Source: Pyrobaculum calidifontis JCM 11548 (GTDB taxonomy: Archaea > Thermoproteota > Thermoprotei > Thermoproteales > Thermoproteaceae). From it: DNA of 32,000 bases. Shown piece by piece: positions 1 to 10,596 of this stretch. The translations under genes were made by a program, and so were the position numbers. Where the stretch lies: positions 30,001 through 62,000 of the forward strand of contig NC_009073.1 of NCBI RefSeq assembly GCF_000015805.1, written 5' to 3'. How positions within the stretch are numbered: position 1 is the first letter of the stretch; each line of letters begins with the position of its first letter. The notes under the pieces are model-generated. The model was given only the letters and a program-made list of their open reading frames with translations, searched no databases and was not told where the DNA came from.

Positions 1-1899
1 TTAGTTGTAATATTCTACTTGATGAATACATCACAGACTCCCACGGTGCCTACGCCGACACCGACAACTACTGCAACGGTGACCCCAAGCCCGACCACCT
101 CCACTACGCTGACGGCCACGCCCACTGAGACGCCGAAGCCCACAGCCACTGCTACTACGACGACGGCACCCAAGCCCAGCGCCGCGCCCGTGTATATCCC
201 ACGCCTCGAGGTAGAGCTGTCGGCGCCCCAGGCGGTGAACACCACGAAGTTGCCCACGGCGGTGAATTACACCGTGACGTTGAGAAACGTTGGAAACGGC
301 ACGGCGGTGGTGTACGTCTTTGGAAAATACGTGGAAGTCAAGCCGGGCGAGGTGGTTAAGTTAAACGCCACAGCCACGGCACAGGCGGCGGGCATACTCA
401 AAATAGCAGTCGAAGTAAACGGCACAGAGTACGCAAGGGAGGTCTACATCTACTACTACACACCGATCTTGGCGGCAGAACCCGCCTACGTCGAAGTGAG
501 AAAGTTACCCACAAACGTCACCCTAAGCGTGGTGGTAAAAAACGTGGGCAACTGGACCGGGAGGCTCGGCCCCATAGAGATACCGCCCGGAGGCACAGCC
601 GCAATAAATATAACAGCGGCGGTCAACGCCACAGGCACCTACTCTCTGCAAATAGGCGGCGTAGAGGTGCCCATAACCGTCGTGTACAAGGCGCCGAGCT
701 TTGAAATAAAGACGGGCGGCCCCACGGAGACGGAGGCCCTCCCCGGGGAGAAGTACCCCGCCTGGCTGTGGATAAAAAACGTGGGCAACGCCACAGCCAA
801 ACTCTCCATAGACGGCGAAGAAAGAGAGCTAGGGCCAGGCGACGCTGTCAATATCACAAAGTGGATACAAGTAGACAAGGTAGGCATCTACAAAGCTGTG
901 TTTAAGGTGGAGGGCGACTTAAACACGACGGCCGTGCACCAGCTGTCCGCCAAGATAGTGGCCGTGAAAGTGGAGATGGTGTTGTGGAAGCCCGAGCTCA
1001 GGAGGGGCTGGCCGCCGCCCAACGGGGAGGATAGAACGTCACTGTTGCTTGAATCCAAGACTGCCGAAGTGCAGTGGGGGTACATAATAACTTCAAACGC
1101 CAGCAAGCGAACTGTCGTAGTATATGTTGAGGACGTTCAAGGCCGCGACTATTTCACAATACCGCCCAAAGGCTCCGTAGGCAGAAATCTAACTGCCACA
1201 GTCCAAGCGCCGGGGAGCATAGCCGTCTGGGTAATCGTGAACGGCACTAAGTACACATACGTCATAAGTACACAACTTGTCCCGCCTAAGGTCACTATAA
1301 GAGATGTCTCAAAAATAGAGTTTAGAGACTCCAGAGAAATTCTTGGTCTAGGGATAAAGTGTAGCGGAATACCGATAGTGGGTACAATACAGCGTACAAT
1401 AGACATAGTGGAAGTTTCTGGAGTGTTGGCTTATACCACAGACGGCAAGACCATAGAGGGTACTGTAAAGATCAGAAGCGTCGACGTATACACAGGTAGC
1501 TACAGAGGTATCATCACTGGCACAAGCGGACGAGTAGACATCGATGTGGACTTCATGGGAGGACACCACGTAATTACTACAAAGTTCCGGACGTCTCCGT
1601 TTGAAATAACTGAGGTCCTAATAGACGGTGTCCCCGGGAAATGCGATATACCAACTCAGCTGATACCTAGCATATTCCTCAGCGGAAAACCCGCGGCTGA
1701 CAATGAATTGGCGACGCAGTACGCCTTTAGGCTAGTGTCTGCTTTTAAGAAGGGGGACAGCGACGTGCCTCAGCGGGTCGAGTGGAATGGAGAATACGTA
1801 GAGGTAGTAGACAAGGGAGGCAACGTGCTGAGGGTCTACTTTGGACAGGGAGAAGTGGTCATAGAGGGGCCCCTCTCGGCCAGGCTGGTGATATCTTAG
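1..1899 (+). CDS. Extracellular Thr/Pro-linker glycoprotein with three CARDB/Ig-like modules; 5' end probably lies outside the window
   Basis: The frame is open from nt 1, and codons 1-18 give LVVIFY, which looks like the end of a hydrophobic segment. The listed TTG(19)/ATG(22) may therefore be internal. A Thr/Pro-rich linker (TPTVPTPTPTTTATVTPSPTTSTT...) spans about nt 30-190. The motif NVGNxT recurs three times about 80-88 aa apart (TLRNVGNGTAVV, VVKNVGNWTGRL, WIKNVGNATAKL), as in CARDB-type beta-sandwich domains. I count about 15 N-x-S/T sequons by eye. Confidence 0.7.
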   Translation, partial: LVVIFYLMNTSQTPTVPTPTPTTTATVTPSPTTSTTLTATPTETPKPTATATTTTAPKPSAAPVYIPRLEVELSAPQAVNTTKLPTAVNYTVTLRNVGNGTAVVYVFGKYVEVKPGEVVKLNATATAQAAGILKIAVEVNGTEYAREVYIYYYTPILAAEPAYVEVRKLPTNVTLSVVVKNVGNWTGRLGPIEIPPGGTAAINITAAVNATGTYSLQIGGVEVPITVVYKAPSFEIKTGGPTETEALPGEKYPAWLWIKNVGNATAKLSIDGEERELGPGDAVNITKWIQVDKVGIYKAVFKVEGDLNTTAVHQLSAKIVAVKVEMVLWKPELRRGWPPPNGEDRTSLLLESKTAEVQWGYIITSNASKRTVVVYVEDVQGRDYFTIPPKGSVGRNLTATVQAPGSIAVWVIVNGTKYTYVISTQLVPPKVTIRDVSKIEFRDSREILGLGIKCSGIPIVGTIQRTIDIVEVSGVLAYTTDGKTIEGTVKIRSVDVYTGSYRGIITGTSGRVDIDVDFMGGHHVITTKFRTSPFEITEVLIDGVPGKCDIPTQLIPSIFLSGKPAADNELATQYAFRLVSAFKKGDSDVPQRVEWNGEYVEVVDKGGNVLRVYFGQGEVVIEGPLSARLVIS

Positions 1900-1907
1900 C
1901 AGGAGAG

Positions 1908-1921
1908 AAAATTTTAAAAAG
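1908..1921 (+). promoter_or_regulatory. TATA-like box for the giant surface-protein gene
   Basis: The sequence aaaattttaaaaag sits in the 31-bp spacer, about 27 nt upstream of ATG 1940. Confidence 0.4.
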
Positions 1922-1930
1922 ACGACCAAT

Positions 1931-4900
1931 TTGTGGTTCATGCATAACCAAGTAAAGTTAGTACTAGCACTCCTAATAATAACCGCCCTGGGAATAATGG
2001 CATACGCCCAGTATGGGCCTGGCCAAGCACTGCCCTCAGCCTTCAATGTGGTGATGCAAATAAATGATGCTAGGGCGGCTGCGGCCCTCGGATATCCGTT
2101 GTGCGCTCCTTGGGAAAAGGGCTTGGCTCACTACCCTCCCTATAAATTCGCAGCGGGTAAAAACTTCACCCTAATAATACGTGAGGTAGCCCAAAACCCC
2201 GTCTACCCGCCGCAGTTCCAGGACTACAGAGTTTCCTCAGTTGCCAATGAGACAGGCTTCGTTACGTTTAACATAAACGTGCCAGCTGGCGTAGATGTAA
2301 CAAAGAGATCTAAGTGGTATGTGGCAATAATAGTCGAATGGCCTAGAAAAGGCTATTACTTCTTCGTCTACGGCCGGGTGCTTGATGGTGCAACTCTGGT
2401 AGATGTTATAGGCAACCTCAGCGGGAGACCCGATAAGACGGGCTTCGACACATACGTAACGCCAGGGGGTGTACTACGTGTATACCATGGCGATAACAGA
2501 TATGGCGTCTTGTCCTCCAGCTATATCCACACATTCTATGTTGGCATTAACACCTTAGGGAACCCCTATGACCTCACCTTCACAAGACAAGTAACAATAA
2601 ATGGTACCACCATAACGCTTGAGGACTCGATAGGACCGGCTTCTGGCCCAACAAACTATGTAAAAAGTATAGATGGAAAAATTACGGCAGTATTCGGACC
2701 TTTCACATATTTAGCAACATACGTTGTATCACTGGGGAAAGCTGGCACAAGTCCAGAAACATACCTGGTAACAATAGCCCCAGGTAAAGTAGCTTACAAT
2801 CACTATGTTTACATAACAATTGAGGGAATGCGCGGGCTAGTGATTCAGAGTAAAAATGATGCATTCGTAGAGCCCCTAGGTTTCGTAGCGTTCACTTTGA
2901 ATAGGACAGCTGGGCCTGGTACCGGCGAACCCGTGCCGCTGTCCTGCGGTTTGGTAGTGTGGAACATGACCCTCTACACAGTCACAGTCACTGGCCTCCT
3001 AGACCTCAAGGGTAACCCCATATTCAACCCAGAGAACTTTAGGTACAAGATCCAGATGAAGGTAGGCGACAGCTGGGTGACATTTAGCAGAGCACAAGCA
3101 TCGTGGAAGCTCACCCTAGGCGATGCCAAGGCCGTATTAAACGAGGTCTGCGGTACCATTAGCTCCTTCAGCGATATCATGAACTGCTATAGGTCGTTGG
3201 GACCCGACGGCTTTAGAAGCGCAGTTCTACGCCTATATGAACCAGTCACGCTTGCAAGACTAGGGGGGCTGCTCAAGTTGACAAACACAAATGCCGAAAT
3301 ATCTACCCAAGACTTAATCTCCAAGCTTGTAGTAGAGTACTCATACACGGCGGGCAACGACAGCGTTAAGGCAATAGTCCTCGAGGCGGCGTTGCTAGAG
3401 CCGGCCAATTTCCAGGGCGTGTTAAACGTGTCTGTGCTCCCCATTCAGATAAGGCTATGGAGGTGGGGCAACGACTCTCTGCCTCTGGCATCGAGAGAGT
3501 TCTACTACACCGATCCACTCGACTTGGCATCGCTGAGGTTTGTAGTTACTGGCGACACAATGTACCTAGACAGAATGGCGTACGACGGAGCTGTAACCTA
3601 TGACCCGTGGCTGGGCCAGGTGATATGGGCACTTCCGCCATACCAAGTGGTGCCCGGTCTAGTGGGCAACGTTAAAGCCCACTTGCTCTCGCTATTCAAC
3701 ACAAGCGGCTATCTCCCACTGCCCACCCTAGTCGCCAATCTCACAAACGTAGGCGGCAGAGTGACACTCGAGTACTACAACTACTCAGACGCTCTTGCAA
3801 ATGGAGACTTCTTCGCCAAGTTTGGAATAGGCTTAGTACAGAAGTACGGATACAAGTTTAGGATTTACAGCGGGCAAGTTCTCGTCGGTACAGCCAACCT
3901 AGAGGCCTATTACCCAGTGATAGACAAGTACGGCTTATTGATACACGCAAGGGCAGGCGACGCATTACAGGAGAAATATGGCGATGACGAACGCAAAGAC
4001 ATGTATGCCCTGCAAATATTGCAACCTGGCCGCTTCTACGATAGAGAGCATGTGTTACACATCGCAATCGTCAGGGTGTTCCAGAATATCTTGCTCAAGG
4101 ACGCTTGTGGCAACCCGGTGTACGGTGTTGGCGCCGGCTTGTCTGGAGCTAGCCTATCGCTGGTAATAACAGTGGGCGGGAGAAACTACACCATTGCCAA
4201 GTTGCCGCTTGGTAGCGAGGTGCCAGTTGACTTGTTCATACCCATCGACGAGTGGGGCAATCCGCAGATCGACCTCACCGGCGGGTATGTACAAGCCTAC
4301 GCCGTATTGAACTACTACGGCTACACACTATACCCCGTGGATAATATAACAAAGATACCGTCGTCGCAGCCCACGTGGTTCAACATACCCATCAAATTCG
4401 GCGTTGTCAAAAAGCCAGTCCTCTACTTGCCCATAGCGCCATTGCAGTTCAGAGTGTGGAGTCAGGCGGTTTCTGTGGACTACGACCCGTTGAAGGAGCC
4501 ACTGATGGGCTTCGTCGTTAGAGTATTCAGCACAGCCACGGGCGACGAGATTGCCCGCAGTATCTCAAATAAGGACGGCTACGCCTATGAGCCAAATGTG
4601 CCCATAGGCGTGCCGTTTAGAGTGCAAGTCCGCACAATAGTACCTACAAGCGACAAGAGGTGGAGCTACACCTACGACCAGATTACAAGAAAGAACGACT
4701 ATGCCTCATACGCCAAGGCGCTTGGCTTCACGCCGGCTGACAATGTCTATACGCTGGGCACAAGAGGCGCGATTGACAGCGGCTTAGTGGTCTACTCCAA
4801 GACGATGGCGTTGACGGCTGAGAATGCTACTCGGTATATCTGTGCCAAGAACGCCATAGACTTGCCCGTGGAGGTGTTCGACTTGGTGGTGAGAGTGTTT

Positions 4901-7900
4901 GACAAGACCGGCAAGTACTTGCTGAGGAGCCAGCCCGTCTTCCTAGGCCCGTACCCACAGGCCACGAGACCCGTCTTGTTGAACGTGACGCTGTTGCTTG
5001 CCGACGATTATAGCCCATACGCCTACGCCTCGATCTGGAGAGACTTCGGCAACGGCGACTTCAAGATCTTAACCGACTTCCGCGCCATAGGCATCACTGG
5101 TATGCGCTCCATCTACTTGAACTTGGCCAGCAAGTATTTGGACGCGGCTAAGAAGGCGCTTGGATGCCCGCAGTATACCACTGCCAACTACTCCGCCGCG
5201 ATTAACGCGTACGCCCTTGCGGCCATGGCTGGATACGTCGCCAACGCCTCGACCGACAGATACGCAGCGGTCTATCTCTTGACGTCGCAGCAGCCCAAGG
5301 ACATTATCAACCTCTGTGACATGAAGCCGTCGCAGGCTGGTACCGCGGAGATAGCCAGGCTCTTCATGAAGGGCCAGAGGTTTAGGTTCGTGGTGTGGTA
5401 CATGGGCCAGAAGGTCTTCGACGACTATGTCACAATAACTGGTCCACTGGTCGACATAAAGGCCGACGTATACCCAGTGAACGTCACCACCTACACCAAG
5501 AGCATGAGGCTACCCGTTGACACCTTCGTGGGCTTCACAATCACAGACGTCTACCTAGGGCTAGCCCTCAATAAGACCGACGGCATGTTCGCCAACAAGT
5601 CGCTAGTGCCGCAGTTAATTGCGCCGTTTGATACAATGTACAAGACTTACAACCTCTACTACTTGATAAGGGACGAGTTAGCCAAGGGCACGGCCACGTT
5701 GTACAATGACAATGTTACAGCGTTTGTTACTCCGCCAGCTTCCGTATATTATGGTGCCTACAAGCCTGCACAGTTTGGCGGCGACTTCGTATACCTGCCC
5801 AACCTGGCAATTCTGAGAAACGCCACCGCGCCCAAGTACCTGTCTACTGTGCTTAACAGTTACATCTCCACCACTATACCAATACGCCAGTTGAACACCA
5901 TACCGGCTGGTAGCGGCACTGTCACCATACCGGCTGGCGGCTCCGCGAGCATCACCATTGTTGGCGCAAAGATAGTGCCAGATCCGAATAACAACGCGAC
6001 GTACTTCAAGGTGACTTCGTACAATGGCACTGAAAATAGCAATATCGTTCAGCCACAGTTAATAATAACTGCAGAGTTAGCGATAGTAGGTGGTTCGTAT
6101 GTAAAGAACTATGTAGCTACCGTCGATGCCAACTACACAATTGACTTGACGGCTATAGCAAAGTGTGGTAATATAGTGGTTGCGCTCGGTGGGGGCGATT
6201 TAACATTGCAAATTACTGTGAGTGCTGGCTCATGCCCCGCTACCATCACCTATGCCGCCACTAACGCCAGCTACACGTGGAAGGCGTTAACATCTTCTGC
6301 GGCGCCTTCGACCGAGTATGTGGTGAGCTTTGACAGGTGGTTCCTAGTGCCGTACGACTGGCTGTTTGCACAGTACAATGTGCTATACCATGCAACCAAC
6401 GTAGTGGAGCGCAACGACGTGCTACAAGTGTTGGCATATCCGGGCGCTACACAGATATGCGCACAACCCGCTGGACAAGTAGCAGCGGGCGAGGACGATG
6501 AGTATAAGTACAAGTTGACACTGACAGGCGTTAATGTGGCAAACTACCGCACGCTGGCTGTGGAGTTGCCTTGGAAGGCTGGTGGCGGCGGCAAGGCCTT
6601 GGTGAATATCACTGCGTACTTCGCCAATGGCACTAAGATTGACAGTATTGTGTACAACTTGACTGACATGCTGAAAGACGCGAGGGGCACAAGGGTTAAG
6701 GTGTTGTTGCCGTTGAACTTCGGCAAAGTTGGCGCAAAGGCCTACGACATAGCTGTAAGCAAGGCCACCGTCCGCTTTGACATTACGTTCATGATGTACG
6801 ACCCGAAGACTGGTCCATACAGCGTCTGCGCAGTGAAGCTGGTGCCTCTCGCCGCCAACTACACCAGCGTCTCCGAGTATGAGTGCACTGTGCCAACTGC
6901 ACCGGGCGTGCCGGAGCGCATAGACCCAGCCACTGTGGTATATGCCATTGATCCGATGCTGTCGAGCGCCAACGGTTTTGATGAAACGTTCGATGCCTAC
7001 GGCGGCTTTGGCACGCCGATTACCTATGTGGTGAAGTCTGGCGAGGTTGCTCTACTGCCGTCGTGGTACTACAAGACCGCTGTGGGTGGCTCCCGCATTG
7101 CTAGAGTCTGGATAATTGCGGCTAGCGACGACCCGAGCAAGGGCCCGGCGCTTGGCACTAAGTACTACAGCTACACTGTGAAAGACGACAAGGTGACGAT
7201 CAACGTGTACAAGTTTGAGAAGTACTTAGTGGTGAACTTCGTGCCCAACGTCTGCCCGGCCGGCTATGTGAGTCAGACGTTCTTAGACGAGTTCGACGGC
7301 TCTGGCCGCATCACTGGCCTAGGCTTTGGCACAGGCGGCACCAGCGCTCTGGTGTTGAGCAACTACACGCGTGTACAGATGTGGAACTCCACTGCCATGT
7401 GGCTAGCCGGCGGCGTGTTTAAGCTGCCCACCGTCGCGCTCGACGCCTTGACTGTGCAGAACAACGCCAAGTTCCCAATCGTCGTTGACTCGCTGAACGT
7501 GAAATACCGCGACTACAAGTACAGCATACCCATGGCGCCTGTCCGCGTCAACGCCAGCGAGACTAGGACCGTGTTGCTGAACAGCTACGGCTTCGGCAGA
7601 ACCTACATGTTCAACATAAGCGACGTGTGGGCGTTTAAGCTTGTACAGCCCAACTACGAGTACGGTCTCAACGTCTACCATGCCGGGTTGCTAGACGCGT
7701 TGAAGCACTTTGGCATATCCACTGACAAGCCGCTGTCAGCCTACTTGAAGCCGCTGACCTCTGCCTACTATGTGCAGAACGTGCTGTACGCCAGCCACGC
7801 CGAGACCTCCGACTGGACGTTCGGCATATTAAACGGCAAGATCACTGAGATCACGAGAGGTACTTGGGGCGACTTGAGGACAGACGCCAGCGACTACGAC

Positions 7901-9925
7901 TACAAGTACGTCTTCAACTACCCGACTCTGCCGCTTAAGGAGATACGCGACTGGAACGACAGGCCGCTTGCCAACCAGACTGTGGCTCTATTTGACGGAA
8001 GCGGCGCCTTATACGCCGTCGTGTACACCGGCGCTAACGGCCAGTTGATCTACCCGTTGCCCGCCATCGCCAGCCCAGTGGTGCGCGTGGCTTGGTACAA
8101 TGGCTACCTTGTAACGCTGATTAAGGGCTTGCCGGAGTTTACCATATGGATCTACGACCAGACCATTAGCCGCGACGTCACTGAGTTAGGCGACGCCCGC
8201 GTTGTTGACAAAATTAGGACGTACGTCTATCCGGTGACTGTGTCTGTGTACGACGAGGCTGGGAGGCCGTTGAACAACATGTGGGTGCGGGTGATAGACG
8301 CTGGCACCTCTGGCAACCTAGTTACATCGCTGAACAGTACTGCCTCCGATGGCGGTGCGCAGATTGTTGACTTGAGAATTTCGAAGTACGCCAGTGGCGT
8401 GATGTCGCAGATACCTGCCACGTCGTATTACTACTACGTGTATGACCAGAGCGGCGCCTTGGTGGCGGCTGGCAAGTTTGACATAGAGCGTGGCGCATCT
8501 GTTCCATCGACTGGTTACAACGTCCAGGGCAAAGTGATTACGTACTCGCAGGTGCCTGTGAAGAACTCGGCGACTCGCGGCTACATAGTTGTAAAGGGCG
8601 TGCAGTTTGTCAACGGCACAGTCAAGGACGTCGTGTATCCGTTCACAGTGTCTGGCGGTGTGATGACTATAAGTGGCAAGTTGCCGCTGAGCTACTCGTA
8701 CCCGGTGGAGATCTACGTAACTCACGTGACACTTGGCGGCCAGGAGGTGCCTGTGAAGGGCGGAAGGTTCCTCGTGTATAGGGGCACTACCACCGACCTC
8801 GCCGCTGGCCTAGACTTCGCAGAGCTTGGCCTGACTGGCGTGGTGTCGATCTCCGCCGTTGATACAACCGGCGCGCCGAGGTCCGACTGGACTGTGCAAG
8901 TGCTCTACGGCAACATAACTGCGGCGGAGGGCAAGGGCTCTGTCAACGTCGTCCTGCCGCGCACCGACGTGCTAGGCCAGCCGTACACGGTGAGAGTGGT
9001 GACTAATGTCATTACGCCGGAGGGCAAGGCTCTTGTGAAGGAGCAGGCGCTTGAGGTAACGCAGAAGGCCCTCGCTGTGCAGATACCCATATCCACTGTC
9101 CGCGTTGTGGTGCAGGCGGTGGATGGCTTTGGGAACGTTAGACAAGACTGGCCAGTTGTGCTCGAGAATGTTGCCTCTGGCATGGGCCAAGTATCTGCAG
9201 AGGTGGTGGAGGGTCAGCGCTATGTGGCTAGAGCCACTGGCTTAGGCTTTACTAACACTACCGCCTTCACGGCGAGGGGTCCGCAGATGGTTGTCGCAAT
9301 TAAGATACCCACTGCCAAGATCACTGCCCAGGCGAAGGACGGCTTTGGTAAAGTGAGGAGCGATTGGCCAGTCGAAATTGTTGGCGTGGCGGCTGGGCAG
9401 GGCACTGTTGGGCCAGTGGAGGTGCTTGCTGGGCAGTACACTGTGAAGACGTCTGTCTTCGGCAAAGACTTTACGCAGACTGTCACACTGCAGCCTGGGC
9501 AGTCGCAGACAGTTGTTGTGCAAGTGCCCACGGCCGTGTTGAGCGTCACTGCTGTGGACGACGATAGGAAGCCAATTGATAGATATGTGACCGCTGTTCA
9601 GATCAGTGGCCCAGTGTCGCAGAGCTTCTCCACGTCGCCTAAGAACCTCGAGGTGCTTGCTGGGCAGTACACGGTGACAGTCTCTGCCTTGAACAAGCAG
9701 GCCTCGACGCAAGTGACACTACAGCCTGGCCAGACTGCGAATGTAGAAGTTGTTGTGCCGGGCACTGCTGGGCTAGACTTCTTGGGCACGAGGATTCCGC
9801 TTCCAACGCTGGTGCTCTACGCGCTGTTGCTGTTGGTGATCGTGGTGATTCTGGCGATTATAATCATTGAGTACAACAACTGGAGGAGGAGACGCTTAAT
9901 GCAGATTTTGGCCCCGCCGAAGTAA
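1931..9925 (+). CDS. Giant membrane-anchored surface glycoprotein (2,664-codon ORF); candidate S-layer/cell-envelope protein
   Basis: This is a single uninterrupted ORF. The N-terminus has a signal-peptide-like segment ([19 protein letters not shown]). The likely true start is ATG 1940, about 27 nt downstream of the TATA-like box at 1908-1921. I count about 40 N-x-S/T sequons by hand. The C-terminal part has tandem beta-sandwich repeats, then a hydrophobic helix ([25 protein letters not shown], about nt 9800-9874) followed by NNWRRRR. Confidence 0.85.
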   Translation: MWFMHNQVKLVLALLIITALGIMAYAQYGPGQALPSAFNVVMQINDARAAAALGYPLCAPWEKGLAHYPPYKFAAGKNFTLIIREVAQNPVYPPQFQDYRVSSVANETGFVTFNINVPAGVDVTKRSKWYVAIIVEWPRKGYYFFVYGRVLDGATLVDVIGNLSGRPDKTGFDTYVTPGGVLRVYHGDNRYGVLSSSYIHTFYVGINTLGNPYDLTFTRQVTINGTTITLEDSIGPASGPTNYVKSIDGKITAVFGPFTYLATYVVSLGKAGTSPETYLVTIAPGKVAYNHYVYITIEGMRGLVIQSKNDAFVEPLGFVAFTLNRTAGPGTGEPVPLSCGLVVWNMTLYTVTVTGLLDLKGNPIFNPENFRYKIQMKVGDSWVTFSRAQASWKLTLGDAKAVLNEVCGTISSFSDIMNCYRSLGPDGFRSAVLRLYEPVTLARLGGLLKLTNTNAEISTQDLISKLVVEYSYTAGNDSVKAIVLEAALLEPANFQGVLNVSVLPIQIRLWRWGNDSLPLASREFYYTDPLDLASLRFVVTGDTMYLDRMAYDGAVTYDPWLGQVIWALPPYQVVPGLVGNVKAHLLSLFNTSGYLPLPTLVANLTNVGGRVTLEYYNYSDALANGDFFAKFGIGLVQKYGYKFRIYSGQVLVGTANLEAYYPVIDKYGLLIHARAGDALQEKYGDDERKDMYALQILQPGRFYDREHVLHIAIVRVFQNILLKDACGNPVYGVGAGLSGASLSLVITVGGRNYTIAKLPLGSEVPVDLFIPIDEWGNPQIDLTGGYVQAYAVLNYYGYTLYPVDNITKIPSSQPTWFNIPIKFGVVKKPVLYLPIAPLQFRVWSQAVSVDYDPLKEPLMGFVVRVFSTATGDEIARSISNKDGYAYEPNVPIGVPFRVQVRTIVPTSDKRWSYTYDQITRKNDYASYAKALGFTPADNVYTLGTRGAIDSGLVVYSKTMALTAENATRYICAKNAIDLPVEVFDLVVRVFDKTGKYLLRSQPVFLGPYPQATRPVLLNVTLLLADDYSPYAYASIWRDFGNGDFKILTDFRAIGITGMRSIYLNLASKYLDAAKKALGCPQYTTANYSAAINAYALAAMAGYVANASTDRYAAVYLLTSQQPKDIINLCDMKPSQAGTAEIARLFMKGQRFRFVVWYMGQKVFDDYVTITGPLVDIKADVYPVNVTTYTKSMRLPVDTFVGFTITDVYLGLALNKTDGMFANKSLVPQLIAPFDTMYKTYNLYYLIRDELAKGTATLYNDNVTAFVTPPASVYYGAYKPAQFGGDFVYLPNLAILRNATAPKYLSTVLNSYISTTIPIRQLNTIPAGSGTVTIPAGGSASITIVGAKIVPDPNNNATYFKVTSYNGTENSNIVQPQLIITAELAIVGGSYVKNYVATVDANYTIDLTAIAKCGNIVVALGGGDLTLQITVSAGSCPATITYAATNASYTWKALTSSAAPSTEYVVSFDRWFLVPYDWLFAQYNVLYHATNVVERNDVLQVLAYPGATQICAQPAGQVAAGEDDEYKYKLTLTGVNVANYRTLAVELPWKAGGGGKALVNITAYFANGTKIDSIVYNLTDMLKDARGTRVKVLLPLNFGKVGAKAYDIAVSKATVRFDITFMMYDPKTGPYSVCAVKLVPLAANYTSVSEYECTVPTAPGVPERIDPATVVYAIDPMLSSANGFDETFDAYGGFGTPITYVVKSGEVALLPSWYYKTAVGGSRIARVWIIAASDDPSKGPALGTKYYSYTVKDDKVTINVYKFEKYLVVNFVPNVCPAGYVSQTFLDEFDGSGRITGLGFGTGGTSALVLSNYTRVQMWNSTAMWLAGGVFKLPTVALDALTVQNNAKFPIVVDSLNVKYRDYKYSIPMAPVRVNASETRTVLLNSYGFGRTYMFNISDVWAFKLVQPNYEYGLNVYHAGLLDALKHFGISTDKPLSAYLKPLTSAYYVQNVLYASHAETSDWTFGILNGKITEITRGTWGDLRTDASDYDYKYVFNYPTLPLKEIRDWNDRPLANQTVALFDGSGALYAVVYTGANGQLIYPLPAIASPVVRVAWYNGYLVTLIKGLPEFTIWIYDQTISRDVTELGDARVVDKIRTYVYPVTVSVYDEAGRPLNNMWVRVIDAGTSGNLVTSLNSTASDGGAQIVDLRISKYASGVMSQIPATSYYYYVYDQSGALVAAGKFDIERGASVPSTGYNVQGKVITYSQVPVKNSATRGYIVVKGVQFVNGTVKDVVYPFTVSGGVMTISGKLPLSYSYPVEIYVTHVTLGGQEVPVKGGRFLVYRGTTTDLAAGLDFAELGLTGVVSISAVDTTGAPRSDWTVQVLYGNITAAEGKGSVNVVLPRTDVLGQPYTVRVVTNVITPEGKALVKEQALEVTQKALAVQIPISTVRVVVQAVDGFGNVRQDWPVVLENVASGMGQVSAEVVEGQRYVARATGLGFTNTTAFTARGPQMVVAIKIPTAKITAQAKDGFGKVRSDWPVEIVGVAAGQGTVGPVEVLAGQYTVKTSVFGKDFTQTVTLQPGQSQTVVVQVPTAVLSVTAVDDDRKPIDRYVTAVQISGPVSQSFSTSPKNLEVLAGQYTVTVSALNKQASTQVTLQPGQTANVEVVVPGTAGLDFLGTRIPLPTLVLYALLLLVIVVILAIIIIEYNNWRRRRLMQILAPPK
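8825..9763 (+). repeat. Four tandem 73-88 aa coding repeats (carboxypeptidase-regulatory-like / Ig-like beta-sandwich) at the C-terminus of the giant protein
   Basis: Repeat units start at nt 8825, 9089, 9311 and 9530. Shared motifs are (A/Q)(V/K)D..G..R.DW(P/T)V, (L/V)AGQYTV and TLQPGQ(S/T)..V.V.VP. The similarity also shows at DNA level: gtgcttgctgggcagtacac occurs at about 9421 and 9654, and cagcctgg(g/c)cag at about 9491 and 9723. Confidence 0.75.
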
Positions 9926-9930
9926 AACCC

Positions 9931-9940
9931 CTCTTTTTCC
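9931..9940 (+). terminator. Oligo-T archaeal terminator candidate after the giant gene
   Basis: The sequence ctctttttcc lies immediately after the stop codon at 9923-9925. Confidence 0.3.
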
Positions 9941-9983
9941 CATATTACCACCCACCTTTTTAACCCCCTCTCTCATTTTACTC

Positions 9984-10568
9984 ATGCTTGGACAGCTCTT
10001 GGTCTCACACGCCCGTCTCTCCATGGTTCACAAGCTCCGGGGCCTCGCACTTCCCGAGCCGCCTGAGGCCCTCCTAGGCCTTAAGTACGGTGTGTTTGTC
10101 ACTGTGGAGGGGATTGTGAGGTCCGGCGGCTACGAGAGGCGGGAGGTGCGGGGCTCGCTTGGCACTGTCTTCCCAATGCAAGACTTGGGGCACGACGTCG
10201 CCCGCATAGCGGCTAGGCTCGCCGTATCTATCCCACGCTTCACCGAGTTCGACCTGCGCCGCTCTGTCGTCGAGGTAACTCTCGTAGAGGGCCTCTCGGA
10301 GTGGGACGGCGACCTGTCTAACTTCGCCTGGGGTCGGGAAGGCGTGTATGTGGAGGCTGGGGAGCGGCGCTTTGTCGTCCTCCCCCAGACTATCATTGAG
10401 CGGAGGCTGTTCGGCGAGGCGCTCCTCCGCTACGTGGAGTCCATGGGCGGGGCGGGGGGCACCCTTTACAAGTTCTCTACCAGAATTTTCTACGAGGTTA
10501 GGCCCGAGGGGGAGGTAATTGAGCGAGAGCTGTGGAAGTCGCGTGTAATAAAGCAATTTGTGCGTTAA
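9984..10568 (+). CDS. AMMECR1-like protein
   Basis: The pattern YGVFVTVEG...VRGSLGT...PRF...VEVTLVE...GVYVE.G.RR.VVLPQ matches the AMMECR1 core (GVFVTL...LRGCIG...DPRF...). Ser replaces the usually conserved Cys. A TATA-like cctttttaacc lies about 25 nt upstream of the ATG. Confidence 0.6.
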   Translation: MLGQLLVSHARLSMVHKLRGLALPEPPEALLGLKYGVFVTVEGIVRSGGYERREVRGSLGTVFPMQDLGHDVARIAARLAVSIPRFTEFDLRRSVVEVTLVEGLSEWDGDLSNFAWGREGVYVEAGERRFVVLPQTIIERRLFGEALLRYVESMGGAGGTLYKFSTRIFYEVRPEGEVIERELWKSRVIKQFVR

Positions 10569-10596
10569 CTTTATATTGGTGGGCCTTGTCGTTCCT

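Noticed and set aside
19-257. 80-aa Gly/Val-rich minus-strand ORF at the window start
   Set aside because: It is the reverse complement of the Thr/Pro-linker codons of the plus-strand surface protein.
9220-9712. 109- and 156-aa minus-strand ORFs (and others at 8318-8725 and 7403-7681) inside the giant gene
   Set aside because: These are antisense shadow ORFs within one long, clearly coding plus-strand frame. They have no start context or motifs.
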